DNA of 64,000 nucleotides from Octopus sinensis (Eukaryota), in contig NC_043000.1 of assembly GCF_006345805.1 (NCBI RefSeq), positions 85,002,001 to 85,066,000 on the forward strand. Reading direction: 5' to 3'. Shown piece by piece: positions 50,838 to 64,000 of the stretch; the stretch's first letter is position 1, and each line of letters begins with the position of its first letter. Made by a program: the position numbers and the translations under genes. Under the pieces are notes generated by a model. That model worked only from the letters and a program-made list of their open reading frames with translations, did not search any database and was not told the origin of the DNA.

Positions 50838-52050
50838 AATGGGTGTGCTTCTGGTCAACATCATCTTCTTTGCTATGTCCCACATATTTGCCATGCAGAG
50901 GTCTCTGTTCCCACCTATCAGCCATGCTCTTTTTATCTTGCCATCAACTTCACCTTCTTTGCAGCAACAGTTGCTGCGTTTCCATCATGCTGTTCAGCCT
51001 GGGTATTATGCATGAGTTCAGTTGCAAATGCTTTGCTCTCCTTCATGACATGTCTGGAGCTTCTTACGCCGCTCGTGATTTTAAATGAGTATTAGTATCC
51101 AGCTGTTAGTTATTTCATAATGTTTGGTCAGTCTAATCGCGCGGTAATTTTGTAAGAGAGTTCAAACTGGATCAAGTCTCGACCTCTTTGAGCTCAGGGA
51201 AGGTAAGGACGATCCACGTCTGCCTTTGGGTGGTGCATCATATTACAAATTCGCAGCTTATGTATTTTTCTGTCAACTTCACTTTATTCTATTGATATTC
51301 AAGTTTGACACGTTGAAACTGTAAGGAAGAGATGGAACTGCTAAGGAATTTATGGCTAACATCTTACGTGCATTTAGCTCATTTCTTCATGATCTTCTCT
51401 TTCATGTTTGCATGCTGAATGCCAGAGCCTTCATTTATTCCCAGGTATTTTAAAGTTTGTTCCTGCTCAGGTTCTTTTATAACCGTGTTAGCATCTAACA
51501 CGACTGAATTTGAGGTCTTTAATTTCCCTTTCTGGAAAGTGGCCTTGGCACACTTATGAAAACCCAACTCCATCCCGATATCATCACTGAATCCTTCAAG
51601 CTCATCATTTAACAGGTATTCAAGCTTCAAGTAATAGGCCTTCAAGCTCATCATTACTTTCGCTATAGAGTTTTAAGTCATTATGTTAACCTCTATTAAG
51701 TTAACCTGTAAAGGGTATCAAAGCTATGCAAAAACTTAGAGGTGAAAGTGAGTTACCTTGGAAACTTCCGAAGTTGATGTTAATATTATTCGAAACTTGT
51801 ACTTCATTAGAGTGATACAACTGGAGATTCGTATTCCACAATGGCATATTATGCTTCAGGAAGTTTGAAATTGCAGGAGAAATTTTGAAGATAACCAACG
51901 ATTTCAAGATCCATGAATGCGATATGCTGTCAAAGGCCTTTTTGAAATCAATCCATGTGGAACTGAGATTTCTGTGCTTGTTATGACAGTTTTAAAGGAG
52001 CAAGCAATTAATTAAGAGTTGATCTTTACATCCATGTGAGCCTCGTCGGC
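50838..52050 (-). mobile_element. R4/Dong-type LINE RT/thumb fragment
   Basis: WIDFKKAFDSISHSWI; FQGNSLSPL; FSDDIGMELGFHKCAK; KYLGI; MHHPKADVDRPYLP; WEQRPLHGKY. Confidence 0.88.
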
Positions 52051-52289
52051 ACCCTTTTTATTATTATTATTATTATTATTGCATCATATTTCTTCCTTGC
52101 ATTTTCTCCAACGTCTTAGGAACTTGGGGCTAATAAAAAAAATCATTATTATTAACATAGTAACAGTAGCGACTTGGCAGAATTGTTAACTCGTCAAAAA
52201 CAACTGCTTCGAGCTATTTCTTCCAGTTCTTTACATTCGATTTTCAAACTTTGCCTTTCACCCTTTCCAGATAAATAAAATAAATACAT

Positions 52290-52511
52290 ATTTCTTTACT
52301 ACCCACAAAGTGCTAAACACACAGAGGACAAACAAACGGATTAAGTCGATTATATCGACCCCAGTGCATAACTGGTACTTAATTTATCGACCCCGAAAGG
52401 ATGAAAGGCAAAGTCGACCTCGGCGGAATTTGAACTCAGAACGTAACGGCAGACGAAATACCAGTAAGCATTTCGCCCGACGTGCTAACGTTTCTGCCAG
52501 CTCGCCGCCTT
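52290..52511 (-). mobile_element. SINE B2 monomer
   Basis: ATTTCTTTACTACCCAC...CTGCCAGCTCGCCGCCTT. Confidence 0.9.
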
Positions 52512-52941
52512 GCAGATAAATAAAATAAATACCATCTCAGCACTAGGGTCGATGCAATCGACTAACTAAAGTTGCTGGATGCTAAAATTACTGGCCTTGT
52601 GCCAAAATTGGAAGCTGTTGTTGTTGTTGTCATTGTTATGGTGTTGACATTAACGTTTTATTTTTGTCTTTTTTGTGGTTAACAGATTTTGCTTTTTCTA
52701 TTCATCTTAAGAGTGCATTAATCAAATGATTTGTGATATTCTTAATTAAATAACGTCTAATTAATCACCAAGTTTATCCAATAACAACAAACACAATAAA
52801 AACTAAAAGTTGATCAATATAATACTTTTTCGAACAATTGACTCAGACCACTGTCACCCCAAAATTTAAACAAACATTATTTCTGCATTTACAGATGACA
52901 CTAAATAGTCACAGGGTACAATAACAGTTACTGATTGTGTG

Positions 52942-53013
<72 letters not shown>

Positions 53014-53170
53014 CATGAAAAGGACATACAGAATTACTGAACGAAAGATTTTGCCAGGGCCTAACAACTCATTGAGTACTACACTAAGACTGCCGTGGTT
53101 AGCCGGCATCTCAAACCGACTTTAGAGAAAATACTGTAACTGCCAGGATAATATATTTCTTTAAAGCCAT

Positions 53171-53232
<62 letters not shown>

Positions 53233-53354
53233 GGAGGGAGAGAGAAAGAGAGAGACAGACAGACAGACAGATAGACAGAGACAGAGACAGAGACAGAGAG
53301 AGAGAGGGAGGGAGCGAGGGAGGGAGAGGAAGAGAGAAAGGGAGACATGCAAAT

Positions 53355-53605
53355 ACATTCTTTTATTTGTGTCAGCTATTTGACTGCAACCCTGCTGGAA
53401 TATCGCCTTTAGTCTAAGAAATCGACCCCAGGACTTATTGTTTGTAAGCCTAGTACTTATTCTAACCGTCTCTTTTGCCGAACTGCTAAGTTACGGACAC
53501 GTAACATACCATCATCCGTTGTCAAGTGATGGTGGGGGGACAAACAAAGAGACACAAACATAATACATATATATATATGTGTGTGTGTGTGGTGTGTGTG
53601 TGTAT

Positions 53606-53654
<49 letters not shown>

Positions 53655-53876
53655 TATAAATAAATACAGTGTACATTTAAACACATAAGAGGCATCCATC
53701 ATAGGATTCCTTCTAGCGTGAAAGGAATCCTATGACGGATACCTCTTAATGTGTTTAAATGTACACTGTATGTATATGAATAATATATAGTCTATTGACT
53801 AATTTTTCAACACGCTAGGTCACAGGAAGTAAACTTTTCTAAAATCTTTATTACACTAATATTATTATTATTATTT

Positions 53877-53908
<32 letters not shown>

Positions 53909-54065
53909 TATATACGATGGGCTTCTTTCAGTTTCCATCAACCAGATCGACTCACAAGGCCTTTGGTTGGCCCGAGGCCATAGTAGAAGACACTTACCCA
54001 AGGGACCATGCAGTGGGACTGAACCCGGAACCTTATGGTTGGGAAACTTCTTACCACACAGCCAT
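53355..54065 (-). mobile_element. SINE family A split by a hairpin insertion
   Basis: Tail half 53355-53570 and head half 53915-54065. Confidence 0.8.
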
Positions 54066-54103
54066 ACACCCACATGATACATACACACACACGCACACAC
54101 CAC

Positions 54104-54145
<42 letters not shown>

Positions 54146-54344
54146 TACATATATATTATATATATATATATATATTATATACTATATATAATATTATATA
54201 TATTATATATAATATAATATATATATATATGCATACATACGTATATATATACATATACTTGTATATACGGATAGATATTGATATAGATACGCACACACTT
54301 AGACACAGACACACACAGACATATATCTTTGTTATTATTGTTAT

Positions 54345-55135
54345 TGTTATTAATATATGAAAACTCACAGATTATTTTGCTGGGTATGATGAAAAATGTC
54401 AGTTGTCCACAGTCAACATGCTAAGGTGACACTAGTTTACTGGTCATGCTTCAAGAAACCTGCAAATATTTCTCGCAGTTCCAAGCAATGCTGATTTTTG
54501 TAGATGTTCTACCTTCACACTTGCACCAATCTTTTTCAGCCATGCTGGTAGTTGAGTGCTGATACTTCCAAGTGCACCAATTCCTATTGGTATCACGTCT
54601 ACCCTCCTCATTGATCCCACAACCTTCGTATTTCCCACTTCAAATCGTCATAGTTGTTTATTTTTTTCTTCTTTTTTCACATTGATCCTGTTGTCACTGG
54701 GGCATGCTGTGTCGATTATCATACATGTTCTTTCTTTTTTATTCACCACAACAATGTCCAGTTTCCGATGTCTGGTCGGGCGATCGCACTGGATCATTGC
54801 ATCCCACATAATTTTGTAATTCTCATTTTCAGTGACTCCTTCCGGAGTTAAACTCATACAACATCTTTGCTCTTTGTATAGAGCGTGATTTACACAGAAC
54901 TCCCAAGTATCATTCTCATCACATTGTCATGGCGTCTTTTGTATTCGGGTTGTGCCAATTTCGGGCATTCACTAACGATGTGCCATGCTGTTTCACCCCT
55001 CTCACCACACATTTTGCATTTGTCGCTGTCGGTAGTGTTGTCTGTTCTGCACTTCATAAGATTGGTCCTTAATGCTTGTTCTTGTGCTGCGCATATGAGT
55101 GCTACTGTCTCTATCTTCAGGTCACTCATCCTCAT
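54345..55135 (-). mobile_element. R4/Dong-type LINE 3' fragment (CCHC zinc knuckle plus RLE)
   Basis: AAQEQALRT...CKMCGERGETAWHIVSECPKLAQPEYKRRHDNV...KIMWDAMIQCD...LDIVVVNKK...IIDTACP...LGTARNICRFLEA*. Confidence 0.92.
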
Positions 55136-55149
55136 ACATTATTATTATT

Positions 55150-55630
55150 ATTATTCTATGTTTGACTTTTGCTTTATATTTGTACAAGTTGGCTCCAAGT
55201 CTCACCCAGAGACCTCAAGAGACAACAGGTTGGAAGGTCATGTTGTTGTTATGCCTAGTGTGCCATATATTTGGTTTTGTATTTAGTGTTGTACTAGTGA
55301 ATGTCTAAAAAAAACATACGAAAATTAAGTTTGTTTTAAAACTTGAGATTACATAGAAAGTATTTTGCGTAGGATATGAGCAGTTCCCATGAGCACTATC
55401 TTTTGAATTTCTGCCATTTTGGTGTTTCCTGGTATCTGAGTTAGGTAGTAATCAGCCCCTTTTGCTATCATTCCCAGGGCACCTATGACAACAGGTATTG
55501 TTTTAGTCTTCAGGTTCCACATATTGCTGATTTCTATTTCAAGATCTTTATATTTGCTCAGCTTTTGGTAGGTCTTGACAGATACGTTTATATCGATTGG
55601 GACAGTCATATCAATGAGGAGGCATTTTTT
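55150..55630 (-). mobile_element. R4/Dong-type LINE 3' fragment
   Basis: CLLIDMTVPIDINVSVKTYQKLSKYKDLEIEISNMW...IPVVIGALGMI...MGTAHILRKILSM* plus UTR to (AAT)n. Confidence 0.92.
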
Positions 55631-55641
55631 TATTATTATTA

Positions 55642-55691
<50 letters not shown>

Positions 55692-55781
55692 GTGAAGGAT
55701 ACAAATATACAGAGCCCAATATAACCATCATGGTAGACAGAAACTGAAAGAATCCCTTCATATATGTGTGTGTGTGTGTGT

Positions 55782-55821
<40 letters not shown>

Positions 55822-55824
55822 TAT

Positions 55825-56220
55825 ATATTCTTTTATTCTTTTTCACTGCAGCCATGCTGGAGCACCGCCTTGAAAGGTTTTTTTTAGTCGATAAATCGAC
55901 CCCAGCACTTATTCTTTGTAATCCTTTGAAATCTATTGGTCTGTTTTGCCGAACCGATAAGTTACGGGGACGTAGACACACCAACATCGATTGTCAAGCG
56001 ATGGTGGGGACGAACACAGACACAAAGAGACACACACATAAATATATATACATATATATGTATATGACGGGCTTCTTTCAGTTTCCATCTCCTAAATCCA
56101 TTCACAAGGCTTTAGTCGGCCCGAGGCTATAGTAGAAGACACTTGCCCAAGGTAACACGCAGTGAGACTGAATCCGCAACCATGTGGTTGGGAAGCAAGC
56201 TTCTTACCACTCAGCCACGC
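55825..56220 (-). mobile_element. SINE family A
   Basis: Consensus match. Confidence 0.85.
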
Positions 56221-56348
56221 ATATATATTCAAATATATATTAGAAGCAGCTCATGGTATATAAACGATATCAAATACACACACACAAGGTATATGTTTTA
56301 CTTGTTCGTGGGTCGGTTGCGTTTATTGGCGTAAGAAAATATATTCTC

Positions 56349-56504
56349 ATGGCTGTGTGGTAAGTAGCTTGCTAACCAGCCACATGGTTCCGGGTTCAGT
56401 CCCACTGCGTGGCACCTTGGGCAAGTGTCTTCTGCTATAGCCCCGGGCCGACCAATGCCTTGTGAGTGGATTTGGTAGACGGAAACTGAAAGAAGTCTGT
56501 CGTA

Positions 56505-56561
<57 letters not shown>

Positions 56562-56586
56562 ATATTATATATATATATATATAATG

Positions 56587-56617
<31 letters not shown>

Positions 56618-56876
56618 TTGTGGTGTGTGTGTGTTGTGTGTGTGGTATGTTTGTGTGTCTGTGTTTGTCCCACTAGCATTGCTTGACAACTGATGCTAGT
56701 GTGTTTACGTCCCCGTCACTTAGCGGTTCGGCAAAAGAGACAGATAGAATAAGTACTGGGCTTACAAAGAATAAGTTCCGGGGTCGATTTGCTCGACTAA
56801 AAAAAAAAGGCGGTGCTCCAGCATGGCCGCAGTCAAATGACTGAAACAAGTAAAAGAGTAAAAGAGTAAAAAAGAG
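56349..56876 (+). mobile_element. SINE family A
   Basis: Consensus match with expanded internal (TA)n/(TG)n. Confidence 0.9.
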
Positions 56877-57630
56877 AGTATTCACCTGCTGTTAAAAGAT
56901 CTGGAAGTCATAGATAAGCGAGATAACTCGCATCCGGTGCCATTCGGGAGCGACAGACACCGATATTCCCTCACCTTTGTATCTGAAAAGAGGCCCGATG
57001 TAAGCTAAATTGTTGTCGATGACTATATGCAAAATGGTGTAAGAACCATCTGCTGGTATATCGCTACATACCAGAGGAAAAATTCAAATATTCAAATTCC
57101 ACACATACATTTACATCGCTTCCTTTATACATTTCTACAGATTACGACTCTTAAACTCGGTACGTTTTCACAATCTTTCTTCCCCTCTTAAACCTCTCTC
57201 TCAATCATCCTTCTATCTCTCTCTCCCTCTTTCATTCAACACTTTCCGTCCACGTTTTTCTTTAAATATCAACCCACAAAATTTCAAACTGATTTTCAAC
57301 TACATCGACATCACCAGTCTCTAAAGTCAGTTTATGGGCACACCCCCAATTTCACGAACTAAATATTGCTACACAACCGAGGTACAATGTCACAAATTTA
57401 AGTGAAGTCCGGTGAAGTCCTAGAAGTCCGGTGAAATCGAACCCTGATCTCAGGTAGAATGTAAAGTATTGACAGTGGGAAACGAGGGTCAAAATCAACA
57501 GAATTGAAACTTTGATCATAATCAAATATAACAAAGCATTTTCTCCACTGCTCTCCCGAACCTCGCTTGTGAATAATTAATAAAAACAATTTCCGGTCCC
57601 CGGGAAAAATGAGATTGTGCCTGTTGGAAA

Positions 57631-57730
57631 NNNNNNNNNNNNNNNNNNNNNNNNNNNNNNNNNNNNNNNNNNNNNNNNNNNNNNNNNNNNNNNNNNNNNN
57701 NNNNNNNNNNNNNNNNNNNNNNNNNNNNNN
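57631..57730. other. Assembly gap (100 N)
   Basis: Run of N. Confidence 1.
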
Positions 57731-57818
57731 TGGTAGAAATGCTGATTGTCCCTCTTAGCGTATGGCGTGTATGTAGAATGCCTCCTGGCATGTATGTATA
57801 ATGCCCTCTATATATAAA

Positions 57819-57857
<39 letters not shown>

Positions 57858-58115
57858 TATACATATACACACACTCACATATATGAGTATATTTGATATA
57901 TATGTATGTAACTATGTCCATGTATACATGCATGTTACAAGTATGTATGTTTGTATTGTGTATTTGTATATACATCTGCATCTTGCTTTGTGTGCATATG
58001 GGGGAGTTGAATATGCACACATACAAATGTTTGTGTCTCTATGCATATGCATGCACATATATGCATACATGTGTGTGTACGTATGTGTGTTTGTAGATAT
58101 ATATATATTATATAT

Positions 58116-58176
<61 letters not shown>

Positions 58177-58184
58177 TATTATAT

Positions 58185-58260
58185 AGAAGAGCTTCTACAG
58201 GACTAGAACTGTTTCATTCAAGAAATCTTCAGGTCGCTACACCTGTAGCTAAAATCTTCT
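58185..58260 (-). ncRNA. Degenerate type I hammerhead-like motif in an inverted Penelope terminal segment
   Basis: Minus strand CTACAG-gtgtagc-GAC CTGAAGA tttcttgaat GAAAC AGTTCTA GTC CTGTAG: core boxes present, stem I pairs with a bulge, stem III mismatched. Confidence 0.5.
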
Positions 58261-58379
58261 TCACTCTCCTACAGAACACTTCCCCACCCAACATAAGTAC
58301 TACACTATCCTAAATAAGAACACTATTAGACTCTCCTACTCTACCACGCCCAATCTAGCCAGGAACCTAGCCAACAACA

Positions 58380-58860
58380 ATGTGAAAAACTTAACATATC
58401 TACTTTTTCCGAGGCCACCAACGTCCGATAGCAATTGCAACTGCCTGATAAAACCACCTGCCCCCTCAACAACAACTGCCTACAGAGGGACCTAGTATAT
58501 ACATGCGAGGTAAGATCAGGCCCTGACGATAAAAGAAAATCCTACATCGGAATGACGTCAAACAGCTTAAAGACCCGTTGGTACGCACACACACACTCGT
58601 TCCGGCGACCGGATAAATCCAACCAAACTACCCTCGCCGCCCACATCTGGTACCTTAAAAGGAACTCCATCCCCTTCAAGACCAAGTGAAACTACTACAG
58701 AAGGCGCGTTCGTACACAGGAGGCCATACCTGCTGTGACCTTTGCATTTCGGAGAGCCTAGAGATCTTGTTCGCCAAAGGCCCTCTCCTTAACAAGATCT
58801 CAGAACACTCCCCAAATTGCATGCATAAGAATTATGCAAACTACAAGAACTATAGACCTA
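58380..58860 (+). mobile_element. Penelope-like GIY-YIG endonuclease remnant (one frameshift)
   Basis: CPLNNNCLQRDLVYTCEV...SYIGMTSNSLKTRWYAHTHSF...LAAHIWYLK / CDLCISE...LLNK...CMH. Confidence 0.92.
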
Positions 58861-58949
58861 CCCGGCAACCAGATTGATGACACCCCACCCACAAACCCCC
58901 TCAATCCCACCGTTCCCCTAGCACCCCCGACTACCTTTTCTCCTAAGAC

Positions 58950-59378
58950 CTTTCACATATTGTATGTGCACGCTTGTATATGTGTATCGTATATATGTAT
59001 AGAAATGTATGGGTATAGTAGGAATATACGCATGTATTATGTGTGTGTGTGTGTGTATGTAAAAAAATATATTTATATGTATGTGTGTGTGTGTGTATAT
59101 ATGTATATATGTGTTTATGCATATGTATGTGTATTTGTATGTGTGTATGTATGTGTATGTATATATAAAATATTATATAATTAGGGCTTAGTAAAATAAA
59201 TTACTTTGCCACATACTGAACTTTCTAGAAATAGCAGCCAAATAAGTTTTTTAGCCTTTTCCACTACTTAAAGAAAATTTTCTCTCAGACAATGTTTACT
59301 CAAAAAATAATGGTCCTTTTACATACTGAATACTTGGTGAAATTGATTAATAACTAATAACTTTACCCTCAATTGTTG

Positions 59379-59427
<49 letters not shown>

Positions 59428-59779
59428 TATACATATCTATATATTATATATATATATATATATATAATATATATATATATGTATATGTATGTGTATGTGT
59501 GTGTGTGTGTGTATATATATGTATATATGTATATATGTGTGCGTGTGTATATATATATATTTATTTTTATATATATGTATATATATGTATATATATATGT
59601 ATGTGTATGTGTAATATATATATATATATATATATATATGAGTGTACGCGAGTATGTCGATGTATAGTATGTAGTAGAGTTATGTGTATGTGCATGTATG
59701 TGTGTGTATATACAGATTGTAGATGGGTATATATATGTGTGTGTATATATACATATATATATGTATATATATATGTGTG

Positions 59780-59813
<34 letters not shown>

Positions 59814-60143
59814 TATATGTATATGTGGGTATGTAGAGTTATACGTATGTGCATGTGTATATGTATATGTATATGTATATGTATGTGTATGTGTATGTAT
59901 GTACATATATGTGTGTGTGTGTGTATGTGTGTATATGTATGTATATTGTAATATATGTGTGTGTGTGTATGTATATATATATATGTATATATGTATATAT
60001 GTATATATATATAATATATATGTGTGTATATGTATATGTATATATATATATATGTGAACTGTGTGTGTATGTGTACATATGTGTATGTGTGTATATATAT
60101 GTGTGTATATGTATGTATATTAATATATATATATATTTATATG

Positions 60144-60192
<49 letters not shown>

Positions 60193-60266
60193 AAGTGTGT
60201 GTTATATGTATATGTAAGTGTGTGAGTGTGTATGAGTATGTATGTATGTTTGCACACATGTATATG

Positions 60267-60320
<54 letters not shown>

Positions 60321-60444
60321 GTGTGTGTATGTATGTGTGTATGTATATGTATGTGTGTCTGTGTGTATATATGTATGTGTGTGTGTATGTGTGTATATGC
60401 ATATGTATGTTATAGTATGTATGTGTAATGTATATATATGTATA

Positions 60445-60487
<43 letters not shown>

Positions 60488-60738
60488 ATGTGTATGTGTG
60501 TGTATGTATATGTATGTATATATGTGTGTATTGTGTATTGTGGTATAGATATATATATATCTAAGTATATATATATATAATATGTGTATATATGCGTGTA
60601 TGTATATGTATGTATGTATATATATGTGTGTGTATGTGTATGTGTATATGTACATATACGTGTACGCTCGTGTGTTTAGGTATATGTAGGTACGTAGAGT
60701 TATGTGTATGTGTGTATGTATATGTACATATGTGTAAG

Positions 60739-60821
<83 letters not shown>

Positions 60822-62290
60822 AGTTTATATGTATGTATCCGTCTGTATAATAGGTAACTGCACGTGTATATATACTTAATATTTATTATATATTTTTTGA
60901 GTATGCATGTATGAATAACTGCATGTATATATATTTTATTACTTATTTTTTGAGTATGCATGTAAGTATGAACATAAGGAGTGGCGTGTGTGTGTGTGTA
61001 TGTGTAAGCATAGATATATGTATACATTTACGCATGTGTGTACTTATGTGTATATATGGATGCGCATGTGTGTGTGTGTATGGGTACGCATGTATATGTG
61101 CATGTGCGTGTATGTGTATATGTGTATGTAGGTGTGTGTGTATATATGTATATGTATGTATATGTATGTATGTGTATATATATATATTATATAATATATA
61201 TAATATATAATATATAATATATGTATGTATGTATATGTAATTGTGTTGTGTATGTATTTGTATGTGTATGCATGCGCGTATATGTATGTATATGTATACG
61301 TGTGGGTTTGTGTATGTGTGTATATATGTATGTATGTATGGGTGTATGTATGTATGTATGTATGTATGTATGCGGATATGTATGTATATATATATATATA
61401 TATGTGTGTGTGTATGTGTATGTATATGTGTGTGTATATAAATGTATGTATGTATTTGTATGTAGGTGTATATGTATGTGTGTATATATATTTATTGGTG
61501 TATATGTATAGACTAGTCTTCTAAGATTGTAGACATGAATCTGTAGGTACGCGTACGTATGTGTATATACGTGTATGTATGTAGATGTATGTATGTATGA
61601 ATATAACGCGTGCGTGCGTGTATGTGTATGAGTGTACGAATGAGTGAGTGTGCGTGCTAATGAGTGTGCGTGCGTGAGTGAGTGCTTGTGCTCAAGTAGA
61701 AAGATAAAAGGGACTAGCTGTCGTAGCCAAGATGCTTGTGACCAGCGGTCAAAGATAACAAAAGTAATAAATAAGATAATAAATTAAAATTAGGGAATGG
61801 GTTTGTATTTGTATGTATATATGTGTGTATGTGTAGGTATGAATAGGTACACATATGTATGTATATATATATATAATATATATATATATATTATATATAT
61901 TTAATAATGTGTATATACATATATGTGTATATGTATATATGTTATATAGGGACTTGTGTGTTGTGTGTGCATGTGTGTATGTGGATATATGTGTGTGTGT
62001 ATGTGTGTATGTGTATGTAGTGTATGTATATAATTTTTTTGTGTGTATGTGTATGTGTGGTCGTGTGTGTGTATATATACATGTGTGTTGTATATGTATA
62101 TGCATGTATATGTTATGTATATCTATATATCATATATATATAATATTTTATATGTAGATATGTGTATGTATATGTTGTGTATATATATATACTATATATA
62201 TATATATATATATGGGTGTGTGTGTATGTAATGTGTGTATGTATATGTGTGTTTGTGTGTATATATATGTATACATATGTGTATAGGTAA
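58950..62290. repeat. ~3.3-kb (TG/TA)-rich low-complexity field
   Basis: Near-continuous alternating purine-pyrimidine with G on the plus strand, briefly interrupted at ~59180-59380. Confidence 0.95.
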
Positions 62291-62703
62291 AGTGAGATTT
62301 TCCTTATTTACCTAAAACTCTATTCCTCTATATTTTTTATTCTTCTTTTTTTTATTCTTTTATTTATTCTTCTATCAATTTACCACTGACTCCTTGACCA
62401 CGCCCCCAAGTATGATTTTTTGCGCTATCGCCCAAACCAAAACCCCCCCACACAATTACACCCTTAAATGCGGTATAATAGTCGTGCCTAAATATGCCAC
62501 CCCCAAGTCCCCCCCCACCATTTAAACCTGCTTAATGATAAATGCCAATCAATCTTGTTAACTAGCTTCCTTAAGATTTCTCTTGATGAAACAGCTAGTC
62601 CTTAGCGCTCATTCTATAATAAAATTAATTTTACTCTGCTATGTATTGAGTACCTTATTTACTGTGGTTACACCCGAATCACCCGGGACCTACATATATA
62701 TGT

Positions 62704-62739
<36 letters not shown>

Positions 62740-63176
62740 ATATGCGCACGCACAAACACTCACACGTACACTCACATTCTCATACACACATACACACTCA
62801 GGCGTTCGCCTGTAGAAGACCATCGAATGACAGAGTCGTGAAAGCTTTGGATTAAATACGTCGCAATATTTAACTTTCTGTATCCTTACTTAACGGTTTC
62901 AAGTGCCGCCAAAGTCTACTCTGCATTATATCTTCTCAGGTGTGATAAAATATAAACCCACACAGATAACGCTGTCCTTTTTCACTCTAGCCATCATATC
63001 CAAAGTTTTCTTCCAGATTAAAAAAGAAGTTGGTGCGAAGCTGTGCACGAAAAGTATAGCTTCATATCAGAAGCTGACCGCGACTCCAGTACATGTTGAA
63101 ACTAAGTCACCGTCAACAGCGAGTGATAGGTGTAGAAATTTGCACATACGAAAATATATACAGCTGTGAGCCCAGT

Positions 63177-63482
63177 AGTTATTCTATCGGTCTCTTTTGC
63201 CGAACCGCTAAGTGACGGGTTCATAAACACACCAGCATCGGTTGTCAAGCAATGCTAGGGGAACAAACACAGACACACAAACATACACGCAAACACACAC
63301 ATATATATATACATATATACGACGGGCTTCTTTCAGTTTCCGTCAACCGAATCCACTCACAAGGCTTTGGTCGGCCCAAGACTATAGTAGAAGACACTTG
63401 CCCAAGGTGCCACGCAGTGGGACTGAACCCGGAACCATGTGGTTGGTAAGCAAGCTACTTACCACACAGCCACTCCTGCGCC
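63177..63482 (-). mobile_element. SINE family A (followed by a second tail fragment at ~63500-63700)
   Basis: Consensus match ending CCACTCCTGCGCC. Confidence 0.88.
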
Positions 63483-64000
63483 TATATACTTTTTTTAATT
63501 GCTTTAGTCATTAGACTGCGGCCATACTGGGGCGCTATCTTGAAGAGTCTTTAGTCGAATGAATCGACCCAAGAATTTTTTTTTTAAAAACCTGGTATTT
63601 ATTCTATCGTTTCCTTTTGCCGAACCGTCAAGTTACGGGGACGTAAACACAACACCGGTTGTCAAGCGGTGTTGGGAACGAAACACAGACAGAAAGACAC
63701 ACACACACTATATATAGATAATTTAGCAAATTATCTATTAAAAGATGGCAAGCGATATTATTTACTAAAGAAATCTGAAACCATGGTATAACCGTTATAT
63801 AACAAGGTAAAGGTTTTTATTTTTCATTTACTTCGAAATTTGCTATAAAATTGTGGTTTTTGGCCGTGTTGGCTGCTATCTCTAACATGTAAAATTACCT
63901 GTTAAAGGGTAATTTTCTATTTTGAAATACGAATATGTTGTCTATTGACTTTTTATACATACTAGGCCACTGGTGGTGATATTTATAACGAGTATTCGCC

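Noticed and set aside
56895-57080. Minus-strand ~60-codon open frame (LWYVAIPADGSYTILHIVIDNNLAYIGPLFRYKG...)
   Set aside because: No start codon or recognisable family. Kept only as part of the non-repetitive island finding.
57808-62231. Dozens of C/V/Y/M/I- or H/T/Y/I-rich ORFs (also at 37882-38857)
   Set aside because: They are translations of TG/TA/CA dinucleotide repeats, which lack stop codons in several frames.

Overview
AT-rich, repeat-saturated metazoan DNA with one 100-N gap (57631-57730). The SINE, LINE and microsatellite content looks cephalopod, probably Octopus; this is inferred from repeat content only. I found no intact protein-coding, rRNA or true tRNA gene, and almost all listed ORFs are microsatellite translations or SINE read-throughs. 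Recognisable coding remnants are all transposon-derived: nine R4/Dong-type (restriction-like endonuclease) LINE fragments, three RTE fragments, three Penelope-like fragments, and internally deleted Tc1/mariner and Tigger/pogo elements. Non-coding elements include non-autonomous Helitrons and dozens of tRNA-derived SINE copies, which I label families A-F locally. The most interesting patterns are: (i) a SINE subfamily that forms head-less 184-bp concatemers with the same junction at four loci; (ii) a ~555-bp non-coding, non-tRNA element with a fixed 5' end found in (AAT)n tracts alongside R4/Dong LINEs; (iii) hammerhead-ribozyme-like motifs, including fold-back hairpins centred just upstream of the GAAA core; (iv) a SINE sharing its tail with an RTE LINE. 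TIR, TSD and hairpin coordinates were counted by hand; boundaries of degraded elements are approximate (tens of bp).
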